Virus record (IMG/VR): IMGVR_UViG_3300045988_175388
Length of the DNA: 36,202 bases
Source: a virus
Reading direction: 5' to 3' (one strand)
The translations under genes and the position numbers were made by a program. Below, one piece after another: positions 9,194 through 20,300 of this stretch (the first letter of the stretch is position 1; every line of letters begins with the position of its first letter). The notes under the pieces are model-generated. The model was not told where the DNA came from, did not search any database, and worked only from the letters and a program-made list of their open reading frames with translations.

Positions 9194-10995
9194 TGGATGA
9201 AGAAAATTTGACACAAATCTGGAAACAATATAGCCAAATTAAACAATACTTAACTGGTAAAAACTATTATGAACAATTAGAAATGAATTATAATTTTGCA
9301 AAAGGAGATCAGTGGGAGAACTTGAAAAGTGGCGGAATGCCTATGCCTGTTGATAATATTATTACTCCTGTTTGTAATTATAAGATTGGTGTTATTTCTC
9401 AAAATAATATGACTATAACATTTACAAACGAAAATTTCAGGAAAGAAGATTTAGAAGAATTGGAGGATGGCACAAATTTCAGAAAAATAGCAGATGAAGT
9501 CATAGAAAAAATAAATAAGAATATAAATAGATTTTTTGAAGCTAATAATTTAGAAAATAACACATGGGATTACGATGAAGAAAATTGTATAAGCGGAAAT
9601 GTTGGAATGTATATATATGAAGATGAAGAGAATATCAAAAAAGCCGATATGATATATGGAAATAATATATTTTTTTCTGATGAAAATAATAATGATATAC
9701 AAGACCAAAGTTTCATATTAATTACATTTAGAAGACCTGTTGAAAAAATAAGAGAAGAAGCTAAAAAACATGGACTTACTGCAGAAAAAATATCTCAAAT
9801 TGTAGCTGACAATAATACAAATGAACAAGTTGGAAATAAAGATGAAGTAAGAGATGAACAAGGAAAAGCTTTATGTATTTTGAAATTATACAAAAAAGAG
9901 AAAGAAACAACTAGAATACAAGAAAAAACAGTAATAAATGGTAATGGAGAACCTGAAACGATTCAAGAAGAAATTAAAGAAAAGAAAGTAACAGTACATA
10001 TGATGAAATCTACTAAAAATGTGATATATGTACCAGAAACAGATTTAGGGCTTACTTTATATCCAGTAGCATTAAATACTTGGATAAACGAAAAAAATAG
10101 CATACGAGGAAGAGGAGAACCTCAGGATAAGATTGTAAATCAGATAGAAATTAATAAAACAATGGCAAGAAGAGATATTGCAATTGCATTAACAGCTTAT
10201 CCTAAGGCCGCTTATAATAGTAATATGATCGAGAACCCTAATGCTCTTGATAAAGTTGGAGTTGCTATTGAAGTAAAAGATAGATCTGTTCAAAATGTAA
10301 AAAATGCCATAGATTATTTACAACCTGCTCAGGTTAGTCCAGATGCTAAGAATTTTTGCGATGAATTAAGCCAAAAAACTAAAGATAACGCAAGTGCTAG
10401 TGATTCTGCGTTAGGTAATATAAATCCTGAAAAAGCAAGTGGTCGTTCAATTATAGCCGTGAGAGATGCTGCTGCTGTTCCAATAAATGTACATGTAGCA
10501 CGAAAGAAAAAATTTTATGAAGATATTGGAAGAATATTATTTGATTTTATGCAAAATGTTGATGTTGATGGTCAACGAGTAATAATTAGTAATGTTGATG
10601 AAGAAACTGGTCTATCTAGTACTAATGTTGAGCAAATACCTTATGAGATTATGCAAAAGTTAAAAGTAGGCGTAAAAGTAAATGTATCACAAACAGACCC
10701 ATTTTCTATATTAGCTATGGAAGAAATGTGGGACAGTTTATTTGAAAGACAAGCTATTACTTTTGAGGAATGGGTTTCAGGTTTAACAAATAATTCAAAG
10801 TATAATAAAAGTAAATTAGAAGAAATTATTAAGAAACGTAAAGAAAAAGAGAAAGAGATGGCTTTAATTCAACAACAAATTACAGAACAACAATCTCAAA
10901 TATCTGGAATGTTACAAGATAAAAATAATCAAGAAATAGCTAATATAGCTAGTGATATAGATACACAGCAAAATCAATTATTAGGAGGGCAATAA
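9193..10995 (+). CDS. portal protein (P22-like short-tailed phage type)
   Basis: 600 aa directly after terL: QWENLKSGGMPMPVDNIITPVCNYKIGVISQNNMTITF..., SASDSALGNINPEKASGRSIIAVRDAAAVP. Confidence 0.85.
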   Translation: MDEENLTQIWKQYSQIKQYLTGKNYYEQLEMNYNFAKGDQWENLKSGGMPMPVDNIITPVCNYKIGVISQNNMTITFTNENFRKEDLEELEDGTNFRKIADEVIEKINKNINRFFEANNLENNTWDYDEENCISGNVGMYIYEDEENIKKADMIYGNNIFFSDENNNDIQDQSFILITFRRPVEKIREEAKKHGLTAEKISQIVADNNTNEQVGNKDEVRDEQGKALCILKLYKKEKETTRIQEKTVINGNGEPETIQEEIKEKKVTVHMMKSTKNVIYVPETDLGLTLYPVALNTWINEKNSIRGRGEPQDKIVNQIEINKTMARRDIAIALTAYPKAAYNSNMIENPNALDKVGVAIEVKDRSVQNVKNAIDYLQPAQVSPDAKNFCDELSQKTKDNASASDSALGNINPEKASGRSIIAVRDAAAVPINVHVARKKKFYEDIGRILFDFMQNVDVDGQRVIISNVDEETGLSSTNVEQIPYEIMQKLKVGVKVNVSQTDPFSILAMEEMWDSLFERQAITFEEWVSGLTNNSKYNKSKLEEIIKKRKEKEKEMALIQQQITEQQSQISGMLQDKNNQEIANIASDIDTQQNQLLGGQ

Positions 10996-10996
10996 A

Positions 10997-11149
10997 ATGA
11001 AATGTAAAAATTGTACTTTAATTGAGATGAGAGTAATGGTAAGAAATGACAAAGAAGTAGTATACTATTGCCCTAAATGTCATGAAATAGCAAAAATTAG
11101 TATAGATGAAGAACAAGATATATTAGACAAAGAAAAACAAGTTAAATAA
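10997..11149 (+). CDS. 50-aa zinc-ribbon-like protein
   Basis: AGGAGGG RBS; MKCKNCTLIEMRVMVRNDKEVVYYCPKCHEIAK... (CxxC...CxxC). Confidence 0.6.
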   Translation: MKCKNCTLIEMRVMVRNDKEVVYYCPKCHEIAKISIDEEQDILDKEKQVK

Positions 11150-11168
11150 CACCTTAGGGTGTTTTTTA
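11149..11168 (+). terminator. short intrinsic terminator-like hairpin
   Basis: ACACC-TTAG-GGTGT followed by TTTTT. Confidence 0.5.
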
Positions 11169-11252
11169 TATGTCTCAAAACATGTTCTGAGATTAAACAG
11201 ATAGTCATGGGATTTTAATTAATAGTCGACAGACTTTAAATTGGGAGAAATT

Positions 11253-12086
11253 ATGGAAGAAAATGAAAGTATAGTTGAAGAAACTATCGTTGACAACGGC
11301 GAAACAGTTGGGAATGCTGAAGTTGAACAAGAAAATGTTCAAGATGCTCAACAAGAGCAATCAGAAGAAGTTGTAGATACTACAACTAATTCAACACAAG
11401 AAGTTCAGAGTGAAGAATCTGAACCCAAATCACATTCTAGGATGTATACAGAAGAAGAATATCAAAGAGCAATAAACAAGATAATTGCTAGAGAAAGAGG
11501 AAATAAAGAAAAAGAAATAAATCCCTTACTAGCAACTTTAAAAGCTGTTGGTTTTGACGGTAAGACTCCTCAAGAGGTTAATCAAAAGCTACGTCAAAAT
11601 TATAAAGACCAAGGAGTTAACTTGCCAGATTACAAAGAAAATATGTCTGAAAGAGAACAAAAGGCTCTTGCTAAATTAGATGCTGATGAAGTTATTGAAT
11701 TAGGAGAACAAGCAATGCAGGAGAGATTTGGAGAATTGTATAGAAAATACAAGGAAAACAATATTTCTATAAGAGAACAAGAAGAAATGAATCTAATTGG
11801 TAAAGCTCATTCAATAAGATTAGCTAAAAAAGAACTTTTATCAGTTGGGGCAGACCCTAATATTGTAGAAAGTGATAAATTTAAAAAGTTTGCACAAAGA
11901 TACGCTGATAATGTTTCTGTAAAAGAAATTTATGAAGATTATAAAGAAAAGTACGGAGTCAAACCAAGTAAACCAGCAAGTGCAGGAAGTGTTAAAACAA
12001 CACATTCAGAGGCACAAACCAATTACAATGAAATGTCTAATGAAGACTTTGAAAAAGAATTACAAAGGGTAATTGGTGGAATTTAA
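11253..12086 (+). CDS. capsid scaffolding protein
   Basis: Acidic, Glu/Gln-rich protein between portal and capsid genes; GGGAG RBS and ATG 11253. Confidence 0.75.
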   Translation: MEENESIVEETIVDNGETVGNAEVEQENVQDAQQEQSEEVVDTTTNSTQEVQSEESEPKSHSRMYTEEEYQRAINKIIARERGNKEKEINPLLATLKAVGFDGKTPQEVNQKLRQNYKDQGVNLPDYKENMSEREQKALAKLDADEVIELGEQAMQERFGELYRKYKENNISIREQEEMNLIGKAHSIRLAKKELLSVGADPNIVESDKFKKFAQRYADNVSVKEIYEDYKEKYGVKPSKPASAGSVKTTHSEAQTNYNEMSNEDFEKELQRVIGGI

Positions 12087-12109
12087 AAAAAGAAAGGAAA
12101 TGATTAATT

Positions 12110-13042
12110 ATGCCAGCAATAAACAATTCAATATCAAATTTAAGTACAGAAAACCAAACATTTTATGATAGAACTTTACTATCAAGATTATTACCAGAAT
12201 TGCATTTTTATAAAGATGCAAAAAAGAAAAAAATACCTAAGGGAAAAGGAACAAAAATAGAGTGGAGAATATTCAAATCTTTAGCTGTTCCAACAAAACC
12301 ATTAGAAGAAGGAGTAACACCTGCAGGTAAAAACTTAGATATTTCACCTGTTACTGCTGAATGTAGCCAATATGGTGATTATGTAACAGTATCAGATGTA
12401 TTAGATATGCAAGGAAAAGACCCTGTTATAGCAGAAACATCTGCATTGGAAGGGGAACAAGCAGCGCAACTTGTTGACACTTTAATTAGAGATACTGTAA
12501 CAAGCGGAACAAATGTAAGATATGCTAATGGAAAAGCATCAAGAGCTACTTTAACAGCAACAGATGTATTAAAAGGAATAGATGTAAAAAAAGCCGTAAG
12601 AGACTTAAGAAAAAATAACGCCAAAACATTTAGTGATGGATATTTCCATGCGGTTATAAGTGCTGAACAAGCTTACGATTTAATGAGCGATACATCAGCA
12701 GGAGGATGGATAGATGCAAATAAATATACTGACAATAAACCTTTATTAAAAGGTGAAATTGGTGAGTATGCAGGTGTAAGATTTATGACATCAAGCAATA
12801 CAAAAGTTGTAGATAATTCAGGGGTAGCAGTACACTTAGGAGTCATTTATGGAAAAGATTCATATGGTGTACCTGAAATTGGAGATGGAAGTGCTGCTAA
12901 ACCATCTATTATAGTAAAAACAGATGGTGGAAATTCAGACCCATTAAATCAAAGAAATACAATTGGTTGGAAAAATATGTTTACTTGTAAAAGATTAGAA
13001 GAAAAAGCAATTGTAAGAATTGAAACAGGAGTAACTGCTTAG
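12110..13042 (+). CDS. major capsid protein, N4-gp56 family
   Basis: FYDRTLLSRLLPEL...IPKGKGTKIEWRIFKSL...PLEEGVTPAGKNLDISPVTAECSQYGDYVTVSDVLDM...GEQAAQLVDTLIRDTVTSGTNVRYANG. Confidence 0.9.
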   Translation: MPAINNSISNLSTENQTFYDRTLLSRLLPELHFYKDAKKKKIPKGKGTKIEWRIFKSLAVPTKPLEEGVTPAGKNLDISPVTAECSQYGDYVTVSDVLDMQGKDPVIAETSALEGEQAAQLVDTLIRDTVTSGTNVRYANGKASRATLTATDVLKGIDVKKAVRDLRKNNAKTFSDGYFHAVISAEQAYDLMSDTSAGGWIDANKYTDNKPLLKGEIGEYAGVRFMTSSNTKVVDNSGVAVHLGVIYGKDSYGVPEIGDGSAAKPSIIVKTDGGNSDPLNQRNTIGWKNMFTCKRLEEKAIVRIETGVTA

Positions 13043-13079
13043 CAGTTACTCTAAATTTTATTTTAGGGAGGAAAAAATA

Positions 13080-13361
13080 ATGATAAATCAAGAGAATAAC
13101 ACTCAAGAAATAATAAAACAACAAAATGTGGTACAAACAGAAGAACAAAGTAAAAAAGAACAAGAGAAAGAAGCTAAAAAAACAGCTGAAACTCTAAAGA
13201 AAGATTTAGTTGAAATAAAAATACCAATAGATCCATTAAATAAAACAGATAAAGTTGTAGATGTAATAATAAATGGATACAGATGGACTATAGAAAGAGG
13301 TAAAGAAGTAAAAGTTCCAAGAGCTGTAAAAGAATTATTAACAGATGCAAATTATATCTAA
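13080..13361 (+). CDS. small virion-module protein
   Basis: Lys/Glu-rich N-terminus, compact C-terminal domain, AGGGAGG RBS. Confidence 0.5.
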   Translation: MINQENNTQEIIKQQNVVQTEEQSKKEQEKEAKKTAETLKKDLVEIKIPIDPLNKTDKVVDVIINGYRWTIERGKEVKVPRAVKELLTDANYI

Positions 13362-13435
13362 AATCACTACCAAGTAGGTAGTGTGTAGAGCATATACAAT
13401 GCTTTGCACAGTGCTTATTTAAGGAGGAAAAAAAT

Positions 13436-14017
13436 ATGTATTTAAAAGATTTAAAAAATATTGCTATGCAATTAATTGATGAGTATTCGACTGAAAAGTC
13501 TCCTACAGAAGATGAAGATATTAAACAAAAATTAAATGGATTGTTTAATGCTGCTTTATTTGAAGTTGCACAAATAAAAAAGATTCTAAAGGTATATCAA
13601 TTTTCAATAACTGAAGAAGTTGCAACTGAGTATAAATCAATTGGATTGCCAGATGATTTTATGGAAGAAAGAAGATTAAGATATTTTTCTTCTAATAATT
13701 CTATTCTTAGATATTATATTCAAAAAGATAAAATAAAAATACATAAATCATGTTTAGGAAATTTTGAATTGGAATATTATGCTATTCCAGAAGAAATAAC
13801 AGAAGATAATCAAGATGATTACGAGTTTGAATTAGATATGGATGCTCAAATGACTTTACCATACTATGTTGCAAGTAGTGTATTAATGAGTGATGTGTCT
13901 GCTAATTATACCGCATTTGAAGCTAAATATAATGCGAAAGTAGAACAATTAATGCGAAGTGCACAAGAAAGTGAAAATAGTACAACTATTACAATCCATT
14001 CAATGTTTGCTATTTAG
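13436..14017 (+). CDS. head-tail connector/adaptor-like protein
   Basis: 193 aa in the position of P22 gp4-like adaptors; DDFMEERRLRYFSS..., AKYNAKVEQLM. Confidence 0.5.
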   Translation: MYLKDLKNIAMQLIDEYSTEKSPTEDEDIKQKLNGLFNAALFEVAQIKKILKVYQFSITEEVATEYKSIGLPDDFMEERRLRYFSSNNSILRYYIQKDKIKIHKSCLGNFELEYYAIPEEITEDNQDDYEFELDMDAQMTLPYYVASSVLMSDVSANYTAFEAKYNAKVEQLMRSAQESENSTTITIHSMFAI

Positions 14018-14029
14018 AAAGGAGCAAAA

Positions 14030-15913
14030 ATGGCGACTATACCAAGTTTTACCCCAAAAACTCCCAAAACAAGAGTTTATAGTGATTTTAGAGGGGTAGA
14101 TTTTACATCAGATAGTACAAGGGTTTTTTTAAACAGAAGTCCTAATTGTGTAAATATGTATAAAGATTACAAATCTAGTCTTGGTCAGGCAATAGAGACA
14201 AGACCTGGTTTTACCAATTTATTAGAGCTCGGAAATGAGATATATGGAATCCATTTTGTAAAAGATTCTTCTTTAAAAGTATTAGTTCATAGTGGTACTG
14301 AGTTATTACTTTGGAGTAATTATCCGGATAAACAATTAAAAAAGAATATGCAAGTTTTATTTTCGAATATGGCAGAAACAAAATCTAGGTCTTTTGTCTA
14401 TAATAATAAACTTTATATAAATGATGGAAAAAACTATATTTTTTATAATGGTAGCAAAGTTAAAAGTGTTGATGAAATTGCGTTTATTCCAACTACGACT
14501 ATTGCAAGAAGTCCAAGTGGAGGAGGAACTCTATATCAACCAGTTAATTTATTACAATCAAAGAGAAAGAATTCTTTTTTAGCAAACGGTACTGATAAAG
14601 TTTATACATTAGATTGTAGCGGATTAGATTCAGAAAAAGTTACTGCAACGGTTAATGGCGTTTCTAAAGTAGAAGGAACAGATTTTTCTGTAAATAGAGT
14701 TACAGGGGTAATAACTTTTACTACTGCTCCAAAAGCTCCTTCAACTGCTGGTCAAGATAATGTTGTTATAACTTTTTCAAAAACAGTGGCTGATTATTCA
14801 AACAGAATAAAAAAATGCTTATTAAGTTGCATTTTTGATAATAGAGTATTCTTTAGTGGAAATAACAGTTATCCAAATGCTATTTTTAATTCAATGTTAA
14901 ATGATCCTACTTATATTTCTGACTTAGCTTATTATCAAGACGGAAGTGATAATATTCCTATTACATCTATATTAAGAGTAGGGGATAGTATATTGGTTAT
15001 TAAGTCAGATGACCAACAAGATTCTGTTGTTTATTATCATACTCCAGAAGATATAAAAAATGGTGATACTGAGGAGACAATATATCCTACTAAGCAAGGG
15101 CTAGCTGGAATTGGATGTATTTCAATGTGGGGAAGTAAAAATTTTCTTGATGAACCTGTTTTTATATCTAAACTAGGATTAGAATGCTTTACAAAATTAA
15201 ATTTAGGGTTAGAAAGAAGTATAGAGCATAAATCTAGCATGGTTGATACAAAACTTGTTAATGAACCCAATTTAGGAAATATTTACTTAGAACAGTGGCG
15301 AGGATATTTGTTATGCTTAATTAATGGACATATTTATTTGGCTGACAATAGACAAAAATATCTTAATAAAGGAACTCAACAGCAAGAGTATGAATGGTTT
15401 TATTGGGATAATATTGGAGATGTTGTTAATAATGAGTTTAAAAAAGCCGTGATTTTAAAGAATTATGATGATAACTTGTTTTTTGGTACTGAAAATGGTG
15501 TTATAGCTAAGTTTACAGATAGAGTTTATAATGATAATGGTCGAATAATTTATAGCCAATGGGAAACACCTTTTGATTGCTTTGGAAGTGAAAATCATGT
15601 GAAAACCACAAATAAAAGAGGAGGAATTGCAAATTTTAAAGCTATTCCTGGTTCAATTTGTAAGCTTAAAGAAAGAATTGATAAATCTCAGGAAAAAGAA
15701 ATTACAAGATTTGTTGCAGGTGGTTTTTCATATACAGATTTTAAATATGAAGATTTTTCATATAATACATCTCAGAAAATGAGTGTTATCTATAAAATAA
15801 AGGAAAAGAAATGGACAAATATTTCATTGATTTTCTATTCAGATGAATTAAATAAACCTTTTGGGATTTTTGACGCAGTCCTAGAAGCTTTTATTGGTGG
15901 ATATGTAAAATAA
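14030..15913 (+). CDS. tail tube/stabilisation-like virion protein
   Basis: 627 aa; SRSFVYNNKLYINDGKNYIFYNG, RVFFSGNNSYPN...SYYQDG, IEHKSSMVDTKLVNEP: beta-propeller-like podovirus tail (gp10-like) pattern. Confidence 0.6.
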   Translation: MATIPSFTPKTPKTRVYSDFRGVDFTSDSTRVFLNRSPNCVNMYKDYKSSLGQAIETRPGFTNLLELGNEIYGIHFVKDSSLKVLVHSGTELLLWSNYPDKQLKKNMQVLFSNMAETKSRSFVYNNKLYINDGKNYIFYNGSKVKSVDEIAFIPTTTIARSPSGGGTLYQPVNLLQSKRKNSFLANGTDKVYTLDCSGLDSEKVTATVNGVSKVEGTDFSVNRVTGVITFTTAPKAPSTAGQDNVVITFSKTVADYSNRIKKCLLSCIFDNRVFFSGNNSYPNAIFNSMLNDPTYISDLAYYQDGSDNIPITSILRVGDSILVIKSDDQQDSVVYYHTPEDIKNGDTEETIYPTKQGLAGIGCISMWGSKNFLDEPVFISKLGLECFTKLNLGLERSIEHKSSMVDTKLVNEPNLGNIYLEQWRGYLLCLINGHIYLADNRQKYLNKGTQQQEYEWFYWDNIGDVVNNEFKKAVILKNYDDNLFFGTENGVIAKFTDRVYNDNGRIIYSQWETPFDCFGSENHVKTTNKRGGIANFKAIPGSICKLKERIDKSQEKEITRFVAGGFSYTDFKYEDFSYNTSQKMSVIYKIKEKKWTNISLIFYSDELNKPFGIFDAVLEAFIGGYVK

Positions 15914-15924
15914 GGAGGATTAAT

Positions 15925-16440
15925 ATGTTTAACAAAATTACGGAAAATGTAGAAATACATCAAACATTACCTGATATCCCTAATATGACGACACAGGAGC
16001 TAAAAAGAGAGTGGGACAAAGGGAATAAAATAATAAAAGAGGCATTTAATGCTTGTATTGATGAATTAAATAAAACAATTACAAGCAGTAAAGTTCTGTA
16101 TGAAAATACAACTGGTTCAAATAAAACAATAACTTTAAATGAAACAATTGCAAATTATAATAGAGCAAAAATATTTTATAAATACAATAATATTTATGGA
16201 AGCGTAGAAGTATATAACCCAAACAATAAAATAATATCTTTAAGCATTGCATTTAGTGTATCAGTTTACAATTTAGCGAGAATACAATATAAAAATATAA
16301 AGATTTTTCAAAATAAAATAACAAATGAAGGTTTTGGATATTTATCTATAAATACAGACGGTAAAACTGATGTAAATATTGAAGAAAATGCAATATATAT
16401 AACTAAAATTATTGGATATAAGGAGGAAAATAATGAGTAG
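15925..16440 (+). CDS. hypothetical virion-module protein
   Basis: 171-aa ORF with AGGAGG RBS. Confidence 0.55.
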   Translation: MFNKITENVEIHQTLPDIPNMTTQELKREWDKGNKIIKEAFNACIDELNKTITSSKVLYENTTGSNKTITLNETIANYNRAKIFYKYNNIYGSVEVYNPNNKIISLSIAFSVSVYNLARIQYKNIKIFQNKITNEGFGYLSINTDGKTDVNIEENAIYITKIIGYKEENNE

Positions 16441-17302
16441 TTACAATATAGATGAATTAGCAAGACAAATGGGTTTTAATGATACATATTTAAATAAATT
16501 AAGAGCAAGCAATTCTTATATTTCTGAAAGTGCAAACAAAGATAGAGACATGGTAAATTCAGAATTAAATCAAACTATTTCTGATTATGAAAAAGAAAGA
16601 CAAGACCAAAATAAACAGTTTATAAAAGATAGTCAAGCTGCATATGTAGATTATGCAAAGTCAATTAATCCATACTCTGTTCAGAATAGTAGCAACAACA
16701 GATATGGATTAGAAAATAGTGGCTATTCTGAAAGTTCACTAATTGGTGCTAATAATACATATCAAAATAGATATACATCAACTAAGAATAATTATGATAA
16801 TATTTTTGCTAATATTAATAACAATATTGCTAAAGCTAAAGAGACTGGAAATATCGAACTTGCTAAAATAGCTAAGGAAGAGCAAGAAAGGTTACTTGAA
16901 AATTTATATAAGATTAATGATGAGTATACGGCTGAAAAACAAAGGGAAGAAGAAAAGAGAAGATATGAAGAAGAAATGGCATTAAAGAAACAGCAATGGG
17001 AGGCTGAGATGGCTTTACAAAAACAACAACTAGCAAGAGCTAGTAGCAGTAGTTCATCATCTTCAAAGAAGAGTACAACAAATGTTTCTGGAAGCTATGA
17101 TGTGTCTTCTGATGTTGTTAGTAGTAACCAACAAGACTCTGAAAATCAATCATTAAGAAAATTATATGATAATTTAGTTAAAGCTAACCCAAGTAATAAT
17201 TTAAGTAAACAAATATATAGAAATTTAATATATGGAGAAGTACAGAACGGACATATAACTGAGTCTGATGCATCTGCGTTATTTGATGAATTTAATTTAT
17301 AG
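16433..17302 (+). CDS. coiled-coil internal virion-like protein
   Basis: AAGGAGG RBS, ATG 16433; long charged helical region (EAEMALQKQQLARASSSSSSSSK). Confidence 0.55.
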   Translation: MSSYNIDELARQMGFNDTYLNKLRASNSYISESANKDRDMVNSELNQTISDYEKERQDQNKQFIKDSQAAYVDYAKSINPYSVQNSSNNRYGLENSGYSESSLIGANNTYQNRYTSTKNNYDNIFANINNNIAKAKETGNIELAKIAKEEQERLLENLYKINDEYTAEKQREEEKRRYEEEMALKKQQWEAEMALQKQQLARASSSSSSSSKKSTTNVSGSYDVSSDVVSSNQQDSENQSLRKLYDNLVKANPSNNLSKQIYRNLIYGEVQNGHITESDASALFDEFNL

Positions 17303-17311
17303 GAGGCATAT

Positions 17312-20300
17312 ATGTCTTGGGAAGATTTTAAAAAGGAAAAACAGCAAAATTCTTCTTGGGAGGAATTTAAAAAAAGAAAAGAAACTCAAAGCAATTCAAT
17401 TTCAACTTCAAATGATGAATCTTTATTAGATAAAGCTCAAAATTTCATGAATACAACAAGTAATAAAATATCCGATAATATAAATAATACTTTTCAAAAG
17501 TTGTCTAGTTTAAAACAAACTAATCGTATTACAGATGAACAAATGCAAAAGCTAGCTCTGCAACATGCCAAAGAACAAACGGCAAATTCAGAAGATAAAA
17601 TAAACCGAAATATTAGTATTAATAAATATAATCAAAGCAAGCAAGAGGAAATTCAAAGATTATTAAATAGTATTCCAGAAAAAAATGACAATATTGGTGT
17701 AACTAGTAATAATACAAGTGATGTTAATCAACGTAATATTAATAGTAATACTACTGCTCCAATTAACAAATCATTATTTCAAAAAGTACAAGATTTTGCT
17801 AAAGAAAAAGAAATTATTCAAGAACCTGAAAAAGGTAATATATTACAAAATATAGGTGGTTCATTAGCGGATATTGGATTAAATTTTACCAAAGGAATAT
17901 TAGATGTTCCTGAAAATTTATCTGATTTATATTTACACGGTATTGCACTTGGCAAAGATATTAAAAATAATAATATAAATAGTATAGCAAATGAATTACT
18001 TAATGCCAAACCATATGGAAACTATAGTACTCTTTCTCAAAATAGTTTAAAGGAAGATTCTCAGCCAAAAACAAATGTTACAGACATGGATATATACAAT
18101 TCTATTCATAACAAGCGTGATTTTTCAGCAGATGAATTGCGAAATTTTGCTTCAAATGAAAATTATTACAATTTAATGGGGTTACAGAGAGTTGAAGATA
18201 AGGTAAATAATTATTCTTATTTAGGTAACACAAGTGATGAAGTATTTAGGTCAATTGGATATACTGCTGGAATGGCTGTTGCTGGGGCACCTTTAAGCGA
18301 GACAGTGGGATTGTCAAATTCTGGTAATATTCCAATTTCCCTTGGAAAAATACATTTGGATATGCCCATTTTATCATTATTAGGAGGTAGCGCAAGTTCC
18401 TTAAATGAAACATATCAAAGTGACAAGTCTAATAAAACTAAAACTGGACTATTGCAAACTTGGATCAAAGCTATCAATGGTGGATTAACAGAGGGCTTTA
18501 CAGAAGGTATTTTTGGAATGTATGGAGTTGGGGGAAGTTCTATTGAAGATAGTGCTCAAAATTATATTTCTAAAAAAATTGCTCAAGGAGCAGGACAAAC
18601 ATTAGCAAGCTTGGGATTGTCAGCAACTGGCGAAGCAACAGAAGAATTAGTTTCTTATATGTTAAATTATATTACTGATCATAGTTTGGATACTATGTTT
18701 GGAACACAAAATGCCAGTGAGTGGAATTGGGAAGATGTAGGAAAATCTATGGCCAGTGCTTTTGCAAGCACATTAATTTCACAAGGTTCTACTCAAACAC
18801 TCCAATCTATTGCAAATAAATTTAATAGTAATACGCTATATAATAATGCTATAGATTTGGCTGAGCAACAACTTGGCAGAAAATTAAATTCAAATGAAAA
18901 AAGTGAAGTTAAACTTCAAATACAAGAGATTCAAAAGCAAGTTAATAATAATTTAGAACCCAAAAAAGAAGAGACTAAAGATACAAAAACAAATAAAAAT
19001 GATAAACAAGCTAAAAATTTAATTGATATATTAAATGCTAGTGCAAATTTACAACAAAATGTGACAAATAATCAGTCTATATTGTCTAATCAACAAATTA
19101 CACAAGCAGATAATAAAATCGTTCAAAATGGAATTTCAGCTGAGACAAATGAAATGTTAAACAATAATCAACTTCCAATGTTAAATTATCAATATGAAAA
19201 TACTAGTAATGAGAAGATAAATAATTTAAGACAAGATGCAAACAAATATTTTAATAATTCTGAAAAAGCTAGAAACTATGTAAATATGCTAGAACAAATC
19301 ATAAAGGATAAAAATGTTGATATAAGATTAGATGCAAATTTGAAAACACCAGATGGAAGAATGGCAAATGGTTCTTATTCAGATGGAGTGATAACAATAA
19401 ATCCCAACTCAACAAAAGCAGGAGAATTTATTGCAGTTCATGAATTAACACATGCGATTGGCAATGATTCTATGAGAAATATAATAGAAACCTATAGAAA
19501 GAGTAATACAGTATTTAATGCTGCAGTTGAAAATCTTTTACAAAATTATGACTCAACAGAGTTAACAGATGAAGCTTTATCTGATGTTTCGGCACAACTT
19601 TTTGGAAATCAAGAGTTTATTTATAATGTTTCACAAAATAGTCCTAACATCTTCAAGAGAATTTATAATGAAATAAAGTATTTATGGCATCAATTTAGAG
19701 GCTATAAAAATCAAGACCAATTCATAGATGATTTATATTATAAATGGACGCAAGCTTATAATAGTAATAATAAATTAAATGATGCAAGTAATTATTCTAT
19801 TGCAGGTAAACAAGGGATGAAAAATGCAATAAAAGCTGATACAAGCAATTTAGTTCTTGAAAGAAATTATAATAAGGCTCAACAAATGCAAAAAAATGGT
19901 GTTGATAATGAAACAATAAGACAGTCAACAGGATGGTTTCAGGATAGAAATGGTGATTGGAAGTTTGAGTTTTCTGATAAAGATATGTCACTGAAAAATA
20001 TTAAACTAGAAAAAAATAAAACATATGAGTTGGGTAACTTATTAGAACATGATACTTTATTTACAGTGTATCCTCAATTAAAAAATATTGAAATTCAGTT
20101 TAGAGAACTAAATGGTGCTAATGGCAAATATTCTGTTTCAAATAATAATATAATTATAAATAACAAATTGATTGGAAATAGCCCACAAATTGAAGGAACT
20201 CTTATCCATGAAATACAACATGCAATTCAAAATATTGAAGGTTTTGAAAACGGTGCTAGCAGTAAGAAAAGCAAACTTGCATATTTTGAAAGCTTAGGAG

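Noticed and set aside
15037-15270. Minus-strand ORFs inside plus-strand structural genes
   Set aside because: Low-complexity hydrophobic or Ser/Phe-rich antisense translations without RBS; shadow ORFs of AT-rich coding sequence.
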